Counted from the stretch's first letter, positions 21,501 through 30,574 are shown. The stretch: 64,000 bases of DNA from Bacillota bacterium (GCA_017889635.1 JAGGAC010000026.1:16145-80144), one strand, 5' to 3'. Numbers and translations are program-made. Notes: generated from the sequence alone by a model not told the origin.

Positions 21501-21562
21501 AGCTTTTGATAGGAAAATATCCCGCCGAGAAATATAACCAGTATAAAGTAATATATCAGTTG
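18515..21562 (-). CDS. RND efflux transporter permease (AcrB family); native start deleted, first in-frame ATG at 21463
   Basis: GLLVDDAI and RFRPIMLT motifs; TM1 (QLIYYFILVIFLGG...EDPDF) is in frame upstream of 21463 but preceded by a stop codon. Confidence 0.85.
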   Translation of the reverse strand, partial: QLIYYFILVIFLGGIFSYQKLGRLEDPDFTIRQMVVSVAWPGATARQVEEQVTDKIERKLQDTPGIDYVKSFSSTGQAVIYVNLKDTISEASVRPTWLEVRNMVNDIKGTLPQGVVGPYFNDRFDDVFGTIYAMTGDGYSYEEMRENAEKIRRTLLSVPNVKKVDLVGVQPEKIYVKMESSKLAQLGIDPGLIVSAVQAQNAMAPSGMLETTSDDVYIRVSGMFEDIEALRSLPIRAGGKSFRLGDIAKVERSYVEPAEPKMFYNGQPAIGLAVSMEKGGNVLSMGENLEKTVTEVKKSLPLGMELNTVANQPKVVKASINEFVESLAEAILIVLIVSFISLGVRSGIVVALCIPLVICGVFIAMNIFGIDLQKISLGALIIALGLLVDDAIIVVETMNVKLEQGWTRFDAACFAYTATAYPRLTGALVTCAGFIPVGFSPGSAAEFVGSIFTVVTIALLISWGVAGTVTPLIGYLLVKVKPAGEHGQEADIYDKKFYRLFKSVLVWCLSHRKLVLGITGVSFIGSVALLGLVKQEFFPASTRPELMVDMRLPQGSSQAATEQEVQRFAQLIADDPNMVSYTYYVGQSAPRFVLTATPSLPDTSYAQVVIVAKDFTARKELEKKVQALFAEDFPNVRANTSVIQMGPPNPYPVALRITGHDHDKVREIAGQVEDIMAKEEIIKDINFDWNEKSKVMRLNIDQDKARALGLDSQSLAMSLQTYLTGAPITEYREKDKTVSIVFRLADENKKDLNQIKDINISIGNGKYVPLGQIAKISYDAEEGLIWRRNLKPTITIQANVTQGTMGNDAAQKVYDKLKEVRDNLPAGYSIDIDGPLEMSKKAGTFLMAPIPMMILAILTLLMFQLQSIPKMILTLLTAPLGIIGVSLGLLLTGSPMGFVVQLGILALMGIIMRNSVILIDQIEQQIAAGEALWDAIINAAVIRFRPIMLTAAAAILGMIPLVSSVFWGPMAVAIAAGLFGATVLTLLVLPTMYAAWYKVSLDQDKSTVSTNTRKM

Positions 21563-22592
21563 AATTTAAGCCTTCGAGTACCTGAACCTGATTGTTTCCA
21601 TACTGTCCAAGTTTGACAGGCCGCAAATTGACTATGTCGCCGCTCACCACCCATACATTAGGCACATCATCAGTTTGGTAAATTGCTGATAACGGAATAT
21701 ATATCGCAGGCTTAGTACCAGATGCATCTACAGCAACCGTTGCTGTCATACCAAGTTTTAATTCTGGTGGCGAATTTAAAAGGCTAATCCTGGCCTTATA
21801 GGTTCGGGTTACTTTGTCGGCCACCGGAGCTATTTCCCGGACCTTACCGTCAACAATTGTCCCCGGCAGCGCCCAAAAGGTAACTTTAATCTGCGAAGCT
21901 TTGCGCAATTCCTCCACTTTGTTTTCTGGAATGCTTATTTCTACTTCCTGTTCGCCGCTCTTAATCAGCGTAATAACCTTTTGTCCTACGCCAACTACCT
22001 GGCCAACCTCAACATCGATACCAGCAACCACACCGTCGCAATCGGCATAAAGTGAACTGTAGTCTAATTGGTTTGATCCCTGAGCATACTGAGCTGAAGC
22101 CTGCCGTGCTGCGGCAACGGCAGCGTCATAAGCACTTTGCTGCTGTTCATATGCGGCTCGGCTAACAATTCCGTCATCATATAGCTGGCGGTAACGGCTA
22201 AGATTATTTTCCGCAAGCTTTAACTGGGACTGAGAAGAATAAACCTGTGCTGAACTAATATTAACATTTTGCTGAATATCCTTAGCATCAATCTGCATCA
22301 GAACATCTCCGGCATGAACAATACTCCCAAGCTCGACGTTGCGTTTAATGATTTTTCCGCCTACCTGAAAAGCCAACTGACTTTCATATCGGCCCCGTAC
22401 CTCGCCGGAATATGTATTAGTTTGATTCATAGCGCCAACACCAATCGTACTGGTACGAACCAACGGTACATCCACATCCACCGCCTTGGTCGATGAACTT
22501 GATCCGATAATCAGCCCTGCCGCTACACACAGTAATACCACCAGAGCTGCCAACCCATAATACATTTTCTTTTTCTCGAGCCTTTTTTGCAA
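21399..22592 (-). CDS. RND efflux periplasmic adaptor (MFP); C-terminus replaced by out-of-frame tail downstream of about 21553
   Basis: LAFQVGGKI and LKLGMTA MFP motifs; sequence diverges after GLNSTDI. Confidence 0.85.
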   Translation of the reverse strand: MQKRLEKKKMYYGLAALVVLLCVAAGLIIGSSSSTKAVDVDVPLVRTSTIGVGAMNQTNTYSGEVRGRYESQLAFQVGGKIIKRNVELGSIVHAGDVLMQIDAKDIQQNVNISSAQVYSSQSQLKLAENNLSRYRQLYDDGIVSRAAYEQQQSAYDAAVAAARQASAQYAQGSNQLDYSSLYADCDGVVAGIDVEVGQVVGVGQKVITLIKSGEQEVEISIPENKVEELRKASQIKVTFWALPGTIVDGKVREIAPVADKVTRTYKARISLLNSPPELKLGMTATVAVDASGTKPAIYIPLSAIYQTDDVPNVWVVSGDIVNLRPVKLGQYGNNQVQVLEGLNSTDILLYTGYISRRDIFLSKAWTAGGPGFYNQADGCKCCLAWRHRPSGGGTGYR

Positions 22593-22745
22593 CTATCCCA
22601 CTCCCACTGCCAAATTTCTTTTTAAAATATACCAACCTAAATGCCCCCTGATATTGACGACTATTGGTTAGATACCCCCTCCTTTAAGCCCGAATCCGCG
22701 GTAAAACATTAAACATAAAAGTAAAATAGCAAAGCTCTATATTTT

Positions 22746-22767
22746 TTGACTGACTTCAGTCAGTCAA
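22746..22767. promoter_or_regulatory. Putative TetR operator
   Basis: Palindrome TTGACTGAC-TTCA-GTCAGTCAA upstream of the RND operon. Confidence 0.7.
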
Positions 22768-22798
22768 TGGCATAAAAAAGCTAGCCTTTTTACCATGC

Positions 22799-23416
22799 TT
22801 ACACGCTTAAAACTAGTTTTCCCTCGGTCATGCCCAATGCTTTCTCCAGAAGAGATACGGCAATATTGGCCCGGCACCTCATTTGCTCCGGCGAATATTT
22901 TTTACATACTGCTTCATGAAGACAACCAACTATTGCCATAATAAAATCCACAGTATCACTAAGATAGGGAACTTTGAAATAGCCCTGCTCAATCCCTTCT
23001 TCAATAATCCTGAGCAAAATCGGTGTAAACGCCTTTGTCCCTTGCCGACGAACCTTATCTAAAATGTGCAGGTGTTCATCATTAAATAAATACTCAAACA
23101 GCAAGCCTTCGTTGGTATGAATGCCTTCAAATGCTTTACTTATTACCCAGGAAATTTTTTCTGGAGGCTGCACCAATTCATTAGCACTCAGCACTTCAAT
23201 CTCAGCAATAACCTTAGCCAGATACCGAACTACGATAGCTTCCAGAACCTCTTCCTTAGACTTGAAATAATAATAAAAGGTCCCCTGAGCAACACCGATT
23301 TCCTTTACAATATCGCTAATCGCGGTCTGGTGGTAACCCCGTTCGTTAAATAAGAACTCGGCAGTATCTAATATTTCGGCGATTCTGGTTTGTGGATCTT
23401 TTGTTATCCTGCTCAT
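22799..23416 (-). CDS. TetR/AcrR family transcriptional regulator
   Basis: HTH ...GVAQGTFYYYFKSKEE. Confidence 0.9.
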   Translation of the reverse strand: MSRITKDPQTRIAEILDTAEFLFNERGYHQTAISDIVKEIGVAQGTFYYYFKSKEEVLEAIVVRYLAKVIAEIEVLSANELVQPPEKISWVISKAFEGIHTNEGLLFEYLFNDEHLHILDKVRRQGTKAFTPILLRIIEEGIEQGYFKVPYLSDTVDFIMAIVGCLHEAVCKKYSPEQMRCRANIAVSLLEKALGMTEGKLVLSV

Positions 23417-23434
23417 ACTTTTTCACCTCAGTAA

Positions 23435-23481
23435 CTGACTGACTTCAATCATATTATAGTTATATTGGTCATTGCTGTCAA
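23435..23481 (-). promoter_or_regulatory. sigma-70 promoter of tetR with operator-like site
   Basis: TTGACA-17bp-TATAAT followed by CTGACTGACTTCAATCA (plus strand). Confidence 0.7.
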
Positions 23482-23542
23482 TATCACCTCATGCACTTAG
23501 TTGTAGACTACCTAAGTGCATGAGTGGTAAGATTTCAGTCCG

Positions 23543-24565
23543 TTAACATTGACTTGTATTTAAAATGCAGAAAAATGCCCCATCAAAATTTAAGCAAGCA
23601 TTACATGAACTGCATTTAGCTTTATTTCTATTTCCTTGTTCCCAGCGTTGAATAAGATCAGGCTCAGCAATCAATGGCCGGGCTAATGAAAAATACTCAA
23701 TTGACGTCTTAGTCAGCGTTTCAGTCATCGCCGCAAACTCCCGATTGCCGCCAGCTAATATAATAGGAACTTTGTTGTGCGCGGCAATTTCGGCAACATG
23801 CTCCTTAAACCAATTATCTTTAATTGATTGCGGATACCAGTCACAGCTAATTTCAATCGCGTCTATTCCTAATTGAGACAATTTACCACATAAATATGAG
23901 CAATCTTGAAAAGTAATTCCTCGTCTCGCATCTTCCATACAACTCAGCTTTATAAGAACAGGATATTCATAACCAACCTTTTTCCGCACAGTATTATAGG
24001 TTTCGAAAATCATCTTTGCTCGATTTTCAATACTGCCGCCATATTCATCATTCCGACGATTATAATATGGCGATACAAACTGACCTAACAAACAACTGTG
24101 TGTCCCCTGTAATTCTATACCATCAAATCCCGCCTCTTTAGCCCGCTGCGCGGCATCTCCAAATGCCTTTTGCATAAGTTGAATGTCTTCTTGGGTCATT
24201 TCCTTGGGTTTAATCTTAGTCCTCACATTTTGCACCGCACTTGGTCCCCAAATTACATGCTCGTCTTTAAACATGAATGAACCTCGATACCCAATTTGAA
24301 GCACAATTTTAGTATCATATTCGTGCACCATACTCGTAATCTTTTTATATTGGCTTAAAAAAGATTCCTCATAAACTTCCAATCCTAGAACATCTGTAAA
24401 ACCAGTAATAATAGTACCAACGCCACCGCGGGCCAAATTTTGATAAACCATAAACATCTCGTCAACAAGGTCTTTACTGCCACGGTTTTCAAAAGTCGCC
24501 GCTCGAAAAAGGCGGTTTTTTAGGCAAATGCTTCCCAGTCTTGTTTTATCAAATAAAGCTTTCAT
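23543..24565 (-). CDS. NADH:flavin oxidoreductase (OYE family) with atypical active site
   Basis: KNRLFRAAT, AGFDGIELQGTHSC, RNDEYGGS; C-terminal CxxCxxC. Confidence 0.85.
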   Translation of the reverse strand: MKALFDKTRLGSICLKNRLFRAATFENRGSKDLVDEMFMVYQNLARGGVGTIITGFTDVLGLEVYEESFLSQYKKITSMVHEYDTKIVLQIGYRGSFMFKDEHVIWGPSAVQNVRTKIKPKEMTQEDIQLMQKAFGDAAQRAKEAGFDGIELQGTHSCLLGQFVSPYYNRRNDEYGGSIENRAKMIFETYNTVRKKVGYEYPVLIKLSCMEDARRGITFQDCSYLCGKLSQLGIDAIEISCDWYPQSIKDNWFKEHVAEIAAHNKVPIILAGGNREFAAMTETLTKTSIEYFSLARPLIAEPDLIQRWEQGNRNKAKCSSCNACLNFDGAFFCILNTSQC

Positions 24566-24609
24566 TTTATTAGCCCCTTCATTCTATCTTCACGCCGACA
24601 AATTAACTA

Positions 24610-25476
24610 TTAAACAATCTGTGTATGCTTCCAACGATTATGCAGCCAAAACCATTCATTGGGAAATTGGCGAATATGATTTTCAATAATAGTTGTAAGC
24701 TGTTGGGTAATAGTAAATACATCCGCATCGCGATTAGCCGTTTTTTCCACAAATATCGGCTTACTCAAGACAGCTGTATGACCGCCATCTTCTTTTCTAG
24801 TAATAAAAGCCGGTACAATCGGCGTACCTTTCATCCTTGCCATTGCTGCCGCCCCTGTCGCCGTAGAAGCCGGAACTCCGAAAAATTTAACAAATGTCCC
24901 TTCATTACCAGCATCCTGATCCATTAATAACCCAAGTATCTTTCCTTCTCCCAACAACCGAATCATCTCACGGATCTCATTTTTGTAAACCACATGCATC
25001 CCTGACAACATGCGATATTCATTAATAAACCGATTCATTGCTGTATTCGTCTGCTTTTGAGCTACCCCGACCACTGGAAAACCATTAAGAGACAGTGCCG
25101 GTCCCAATAATTCCCAATTACCACTATGAGCTGTTGCAATTACAACTCCCTTGCCATAAGCCAAGGCCTCATGTAAATACTCCCGCCCCTTAATTGTAAC
25201 CAACTGATTAATATTGCTTTTGTTTAAAAGCGGAAACCGTAGTACTTCTATCAGCATATTCCCAAAACGTGTAGTACTGCTTTTCACAATATCGCTTGCA
25301 AGTTCTCTATCCACACCAAAACTGCGCATAATATTTCCAACAGCTAATTTCTTGCGCCTTTTCGGTACGAGAAGCCAACCAAGGCTACCGATCGCTTTCC
25401 CGCTATAATACCTTGCTTTTAGCGGTAATATACAAAAAAACCGGCTAATTAGTTTCATTATGTAATAGACTACCAT
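24610..25476 (-). CDS. Lipid A biosynthesis acyltransferase (LpxL/HtrB family)
   Basis: AHSGNWE, LLMDQD, WFWLHNRWK motifs. Confidence 0.9.
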   Translation of the reverse strand: MVVYYIMKLISRFFCILPLKARYYSGKAIGSLGWLLVPKRRKKLAVGNIMRSFGVDRELASDIVKSSTTRFGNMLIEVLRFPLLNKSNINQLVTIKGREYLHEALAYGKGVVIATAHSGNWELLGPALSLNGFPVVGVAQKQTNTAMNRFINEYRMLSGMHVVYKNEIREMIRLLGEGKILGLLMDQDAGNEGTFVKFFGVPASTATGAAAMARMKGTPIVPAFITRKEDGGHTAVLSKPIFVEKTANRDADVFTITQQLTTIIENHIRQFPNEWFWLHNRWKHTQIV

Positions 25477-25524
25477 TCGCAACTTCCTTTACCATCGAAT
25501 TCAAACAGTCTTGCCGAAAAACAA

Positions 25525-26412
25525 CTAGGCCTGACTTTCCATATATGGCGTATTCCAACGTTTTTGAAACCACAGCCAATCTTCCGGATGTTCCATAATG
25601 GCCGCTTCAACAATCTTTGTCATTCGCGCTGTATTCTCATAAAGCGCTTGCTTCGGATCGTCATGACGCTCATAGCTAAATGGACGTTCGATAACGATAC
25701 GGTAACCGCCTTTAGAACGGTGAAAAATAAAACCCGGTACAATAATCGAATCAAATTTTTCGGAAAAAACCGCCGGACCGACAGGTGTAGACGCCTTTTT
25801 TCCTAAAAAGTCTATAAATACCCCATCTTTTCCCCCGTCTTGGTCAGCCAAAAACCCTAATACTTTACCTTTTTTTAAAGCTCTGGCTGCTTTAATCATT
25901 TCAGTTGTTCCGCGGCTAAAAACTTCCACTCCCATCCTTTCGCGATATTCATTTAAAAACCGACTATACTGAGCATTTGGCTGTTGTTTAACAATAGTTG
26001 TTATTGGAAAACCAGCTAAGGCCAAGCCGGCTGCTAGCCATTCCCAATTGCCAATATGTGCGGTAAGGAAAACTACCCCTTTTCCGGATGCTACAGCCTG
26101 TTTAAGATTATCCAAACCATCAATTGAAATATATTTCTTGATTTTTTGTGGAGTCAACCTTGGCGTATACATGACTTCGACTAACATTTGGCCTAAATTA
26201 TAAAACAACCGCCGAATAACCTTTTCCGCATCCTCATATGATATTTTCAAGCCGCGCATAGCTTGGTCAATTCCGCGCTTTCGCTGGCGCGCCGCCACTA
26301 AATAATATATATACCCTAAGCTGCGTCCAAATTTAACCACTAAAGAATACGGCAATAAACAAATAATAAAACTAAATCCCTTTAATAAACGATACTGTAA
26401 ATTATTAAACAT
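25525..26412 (-). CDS. Lipid A biosynthesis acyltransferase (LpxL/HtrB family)
   Basis: AHIGNWE, FLADQD, WLWFQKRW motifs. Confidence 0.9.
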   Translation of the reverse strand: MFNNLQYRLLKGFSFIICLLPYSLVVKFGRSLGYIYYLVAARQRKRGIDQAMRGLKISYEDAEKVIRRLFYNLGQMLVEVMYTPRLTPQKIKKYISIDGLDNLKQAVASGKGVVFLTAHIGNWEWLAAGLALAGFPITTIVKQQPNAQYSRFLNEYRERMGVEVFSRGTTEMIKAARALKKGKVLGFLADQDGGKDGVFIDFLGKKASTPVGPAVFSEKFDSIIVPGFIFHRSKGGYRIVIERPFSYERHDDPKQALYENTARMTKIVEAAIMEHPEDWLWFQKRWNTPYMESQA

Positions 26413-26428
26413 TCTACTCACCCCTACA

Positions 26429-26462
26429 CCGATTATTGACTGACGCGTCAGTCAATAATCGG
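26429..26462. repeat. Perfect 34-bp palindrome containing TetR-operator half sites
   Basis: CCGATTATTGACTGACG|CGTCAGTCAATAATCGG. Confidence 0.75.
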
Positions 26463-26500
26463 AAATACAATTTTATCGCAGCTCTAAGATCTCTCGACCG

Positions 26501-26547
26501 CTGACTGACTTCAATCATATTGTAGTTTTTTTGGTCAATATTGTCAA
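26501..26547 (-). promoter_or_regulatory. sigma-70 promoter of the acyltransferase pair, near-copy of the tetR promoter
   Basis: TTGACA-17bp-TACAAT followed by CTGACTGACTTCAATCAT. Confidence 0.7.
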
Positions 26548-26697
26548 TAATTCATAGACGAAAAAAGGCATAGACATATTCCTATCTATACCTTTTTTCG
26601 ATGTATGCTTGCCACAAAACTATTTTTTCATTTCCAAGACCATTTTCCCCCACTGTTGAATACAGTACTATAACTTATTAAACCATTAATTTAAAAC

Positions 26698-27045
26698 TCA
26701 TTTCTTTGATTCGGATGAAAAAATAACCGAGTCGTTAATTAACTGGCTTCCCGGCCAAGGAACATGGCGAAATATTTCGTCTATTGAATTATCATCTCGC
26801 ACTCTGTCCTTACTTAGCACTTTACGATAATGGATATATGGTCCTTTTTTGCCGCACTCAGGACAATATGTATTGTTTGCTCGGTGTTTGTTAGCTTTCC
26901 ATGAGAACAAATTAAAATGCAGCCCGCAGTTTTGACAAATGAAACCATTGACAAAAACGCCCTCACGTTCTTCCTCGCCAACACCAATACTAACAGGCTT
27001 GTTTCTTACAATCGGTACCGGTTGCCTAATAAATTCACTGTCCAT
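26698..27045 (-). CDS. Hypothetical zinc-ribbon protein
   Basis: CQNC...CPEC pair; strong AAGGAGG RBS. Confidence 0.6.
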   Translation of the reverse strand: MDSEFIRQPVPIVRNKPVSIGVGEEEREGVFVNGFICQNCGLHFNLFSWKANKHRANNTYCPECGKKGPYIHYRKVLSKDRVRDDNSIDEIFRHVPWPGSQLINDSVIFSSESKK

Positions 27046-27237
27046 AAACTATGCCTCCTTAATATATAATAGAAAGTAGTATGTTTATTGGACCTCTAAC
27101 TTTATCCAACCATCCTATTTTTATCGTCAAGTCTATAACTATATTACTATTTTATTTCGGCAATACTTGTTTTGTCCCTGCCAGCAAAGTTCCTTTATGC
27201 GGCATATATTGGCTCAAATAATCCAATAAGAACTAGA

Positions 27238-27285
27238 AAGTTAAGGACCTGACTTCGCTTAAATACGAAGTCAGGTCCTTAACTT
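27238..27285. terminator. 20-bp perfect hairpin, probable terminator
   Basis: AAGTTAAGGACCTGACTTCG-8nt-CGAAGTCAGGTCCTTAACTT. Confidence 0.55.
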
Positions 27286-27317
27286 ATTATTAACCCTATT
27301 AACTTTATTCAAGCAAC

Positions 27318-27518
27318 CTAGACTGCTGGCTTACTGGAACTGACAGCATCTGCGCCTAATGTATTCTTCTTCAGTATATTCCTAACCCCCGTGCCTTTCT
27401 CATACTTCCTGTGATATTTTACGGCCTCAAAGCGCTTTACGATTTCACGAACTTGCCAAAGAGGACTAGCCCAATATCCGCCACCCAAATCTACTACCGA
27501 TAACCGTTGTTCCTGCAT
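27318..27518 (-). CDS. Small hypothetical protein (66 aa)
   Basis: AAAGGAG RBS before ATG; followed by a hairpin. Confidence 0.45.
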   Translation of the reverse strand: MQEQRLSVVDLGGGYWASPLWQVREIVKRFEAVKYHRKYEKGTGVRNILKKNTLGADAVSSSKPAV

Positions 27519-27753
27519 AACTTCCGTCTCCTTTATTATTAGTCAGCCAACTTGCATACAGCTAGTTCTCGATCAGCAACAGGCACTGAATAAACCAAAC
27601 GAAACTATCATTTTTTACTTTTTTCGACACATTTTTACATATTTATAATTATAAATTTCCCTGTCACAAATTGCTATTATCTCCGTCGCCCAAAATACAC
27701 ACAAAAAAAAGCCGCATGTACTATCCTTGAAAGATAATAACCGGCTTCAGACT

Positions 27754-30324
27754 TTATTGATTGATTACCATGTTTAATTTATTTAATTTTACAGCTGCCG
27801 CTAGGGCTAGTCGCGACTCATATTGGTCAATATCCACACCTAATATTTTCTCAATACGCTGTTTGCGAAAAACAATGGTTTTATGATGAAGATACAGTTT
27901 GTCCGCCGCTTCTTTCAAGTTAGAACTTTGAAGAATCTCTTCAAGAGTACTTAAAAAATCAGTTCCCTTACGTTGATCATAATCGATCAAATTGCCAACT
28001 TTTTCGCGAACAAACTCATTTGCCTGCTCTTTCCCGCCTATATTAGCCAGTAACTGAAAAATTCCCAAGTTGCGGTAATGGTTCACGCACCCACTGCTTT
28101 GGTCCTGACACTGCGATGAAACAAGGGCACTCCATGCCTGCCGATAACCTAGCCTCACGCCATGCAAACCGCTGTGCTTATTACTTACACCAATTATTAC
28201 CGTCAAATTAGAGGCATACTCTTTTATCTTTTCTTTTATTGCCCCAGCTATTTGAAGACTAGTTTCATACCCATCATCCACTTCTTTAATCTGGCATAGA
28301 ATGCCAATGCCATCGCGACAATCCCACACCAAATAATCGGAGTCACTACTCAGTAAATCAATAATATCATCTTTTAATTGAATATCTATAATACTGTCAT
28401 CGTGCTCCTCAACTAGCGTACTGTTTTTCTTAATTGCAACTAGACAACAAAACAAAGGCAATGCAAAATCTATCCCGAAAGAATTCGCTGTTGATAAAGC
28501 ATGGTTGTCAACGGTAGCGTTACCAGCAAGTATATCATTAATGAAATCGCTTTTACGACGCAGTTCATAGGTAAACCTAAGTAGCCGCTCAGCCTTCCAG
28601 CGTTCCGTTATGTCAATTGCTACAAGGGCTACGGTCTTTTTTCCCTGAGCCTGATAAGTCATTGGTGCCATCCGGCCTTCAATGACTATCCTTTTTTCGA
28701 AAATTTCTACTTCGCGAATCATAACCTGTGGCATCCCGGATAATATAGTCTGCCGTACTTGCTCCAGCATTGCATCAGCGTCTTTCTTCGAGAATGCGTC
28801 ATACACTGTTAACCCACAAAACTCCGGAGTAGGCCAGGTTACCTTTTCTTTATTACTATTACCAAATATTTCGACATATCGGCCATCTTCATCAATAATA
28901 AGACTAACATCAGGTACGGCCTGAACAAAGTCTGTTAACTTAGTTTTGTTTGCCCGGAGGGCCGCTTCAGTCTTCAGGTGCTCATAATTTGCCTGCATCA
29001 ACGCCTGATTAGTACTAATTAACTCGGCTTTCTGTGCTTCAAGCTCTTCCAGCAGTTCCCGGTTTTCAACCGCAACCCGGCCAGTGTGTGACAGTTGACT
29101 ACCAATTACCAAACAAGCGACCGACAAATTATTATATCGACTGTCACCAATATCAGTCACACCGTGTTCACCAAAACAGCAAAAACCAACTAGCGGCTTT
29201 CCTGACAATACTTCTTTCATACCGGCTATTTCAGCTACCGCCTTATTGTCAATTAGTCTTTGACGCAGCGCACAGTAAAAGACCAGCCCCAAAGCAGGGT
29301 CAGTAATTCCACCGCGGATTCTTGCTAAACGTATGCCGCCCCCACCGGCGAGCGCCATTTTATCAGGATCTGCATCCATTTTGGTTATTACACTTCCCAT
29401 AGATATGGGTTTCTCTAAGCGAATTCCGCCTCGTTCCGTAAAATAGCTGGCGACATTTACATTATATTGCCCGGTTGCATCAGCTACACCAATAGTAGTA
29501 CCTGTTGCAATGCTCAAATGCTGCCCTGCTAATTCTTTCTCAGTAAATCCCAGCAACTTACAGTACGCTTCAGCTGCTACAGTATCGTCCAGCATTAAAA
29601 TCTCATTTCCGTCAACAGCAGTCACGGTTGCAGTTATTTTAGTAGGATATAAGCCGTGCATCAAACTAATGCCAAACTGAAGTTCCGTCTCAAAGATTGC
29701 CAGCAACATACTATCATTATAAACTTCTTGTCCACAAAGAATATAATTTTTCTCCATCCGCCAATCATCAGCTGCCGCTCCGCCAACAATCTGAAATTCC
29801 CCATAAGATTCTGCTTTAATTGCTTCAATAATTTCAAAACTGCAACTATCATTTTCTAAGGTATTGCCTGGCGAAAAAAGCATCGCAAAAGCAGTTCGGC
29901 CTTGCCTGCGCATTTCCCAGGTATATTGCGAGTCATGAAAAAAAGGCCTTAAAGACGGAGCATTGATTGTTTGCGCCACAGCCTGCCGCCAATCCTGTGA
30001 TACACCGTTCCCAATGCCGCAATGCACTCGTAAAAAAGGCGATGCTATAGCCACCACCGTAACTGTTCCATTAACAAATTCATCACAAATTTCCCCAGCA
30101 GTCGTCACCCCAAATACAGATGACTCGCCCACCACACTGTGAATACCTGTAAGCACCTCGTTTAAATCATAACTTACCGAACAAAAAACCATCACTGCCG
30201 ATATACTATGTAGATGAATACTTGCCAACGCCATTTCAGCTGCCTTCGCTCCTGCCACGAACGCCGACTCATCTTTAGCCATACCATAACCTACTTCAAT
30301 TGCTGGTCGATTATTCGGTTTCAT
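27754..30324 (-). CDS. FIST-N/FIST-C + PAS + PucR/CdaR-type HTH transcriptional regulator
   Basis: GVTTAGEI, GGAAADD, GFCCFGE FIST motifs; IDEDGRYVEI PAS; AADKLYLHHKTIVFRKQRIE PucR C-terminal HTH; ATG 30324 with GGAGGAG. Confidence 0.8.
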   Translation of the reverse strand: MKPNNRPAIEVGYGMAKDESAFVAGAKAAEMALASIHLHSISAVMVFCSVSYDLNEVLTGIHSVVGESSVFGVTTAGEICDEFVNGTVTVVAIASPFLRVHCGIGNGVSQDWRQAVAQTINAPSLRPFFHDSQYTWEMRRQGRTAFAMLFSPGNTLENDSCSFEIIEAIKAESYGEFQIVGGAAADDWRMEKNYILCGQEVYNDSMLLAIFETELQFGISLMHGLYPTKITATVTAVDGNEILMLDDTVAAEAYCKLLGFTEKELAGQHLSIATGTTIGVADATGQYNVNVASYFTERGGIRLEKPISMGSVITKMDADPDKMALAGGGGIRLARIRGGITDPALGLVFYCALRQRLIDNKAVAEIAGMKEVLSGKPLVGFCCFGEHGVTDIGDSRYNNLSVACLVIGSQLSHTGRVAVENRELLEELEAQKAELISTNQALMQANYEHLKTEAALRANKTKLTDFVQAVPDVSLIIDEDGRYVEIFGNSNKEKVTWPTPEFCGLTVYDAFSKKDADAMLEQVRQTILSGMPQVMIREVEIFEKRIVIEGRMAPMTYQAQGKKTVALVAIDITERWKAERLLRFTYELRRKSDFINDILAGNATVDNHALSTANSFGIDFALPLFCCLVAIKKNSTLVEEHDDSIIDIQLKDDIIDLLSSDSDYLVWDCRDGIGILCQIKEVDDGYETSLQIAGAIKEKIKEYASNLTVIIGVSNKHSGLHGVRLGYRQAWSALVSSQCQDQSSGCVNHYRNLGIFQLLANIGGKEQANEFVREKVGNLIDYDQRKGTDFLSTLEEILQSSNLKEAADKLYLHHKTIVFRKQRIEKILGVDIDQYESRLALAAAVKLNKLNMVINQ

Positions 30325-30574
30325 ATACTCCTCCAGTGCGTACTGTAAAACTACACCGAACACAGTGCACATCTTCTTTTACGAGCTTTTTCTACTTAAT
30401 ATGTCAGCATTACGTATTATTCGACACCAGTTTACACTATTACCCAATTTCAGTCAATGTATTTTTGTTAATTCGCACGCATTTCTTCGACATTTATCAT
30501 TAATATTTCAAACCATTTTCAAATATTAATGATCGATATAAAATTATAAATTATTAAGGGGAAGGTGTCGTTTT

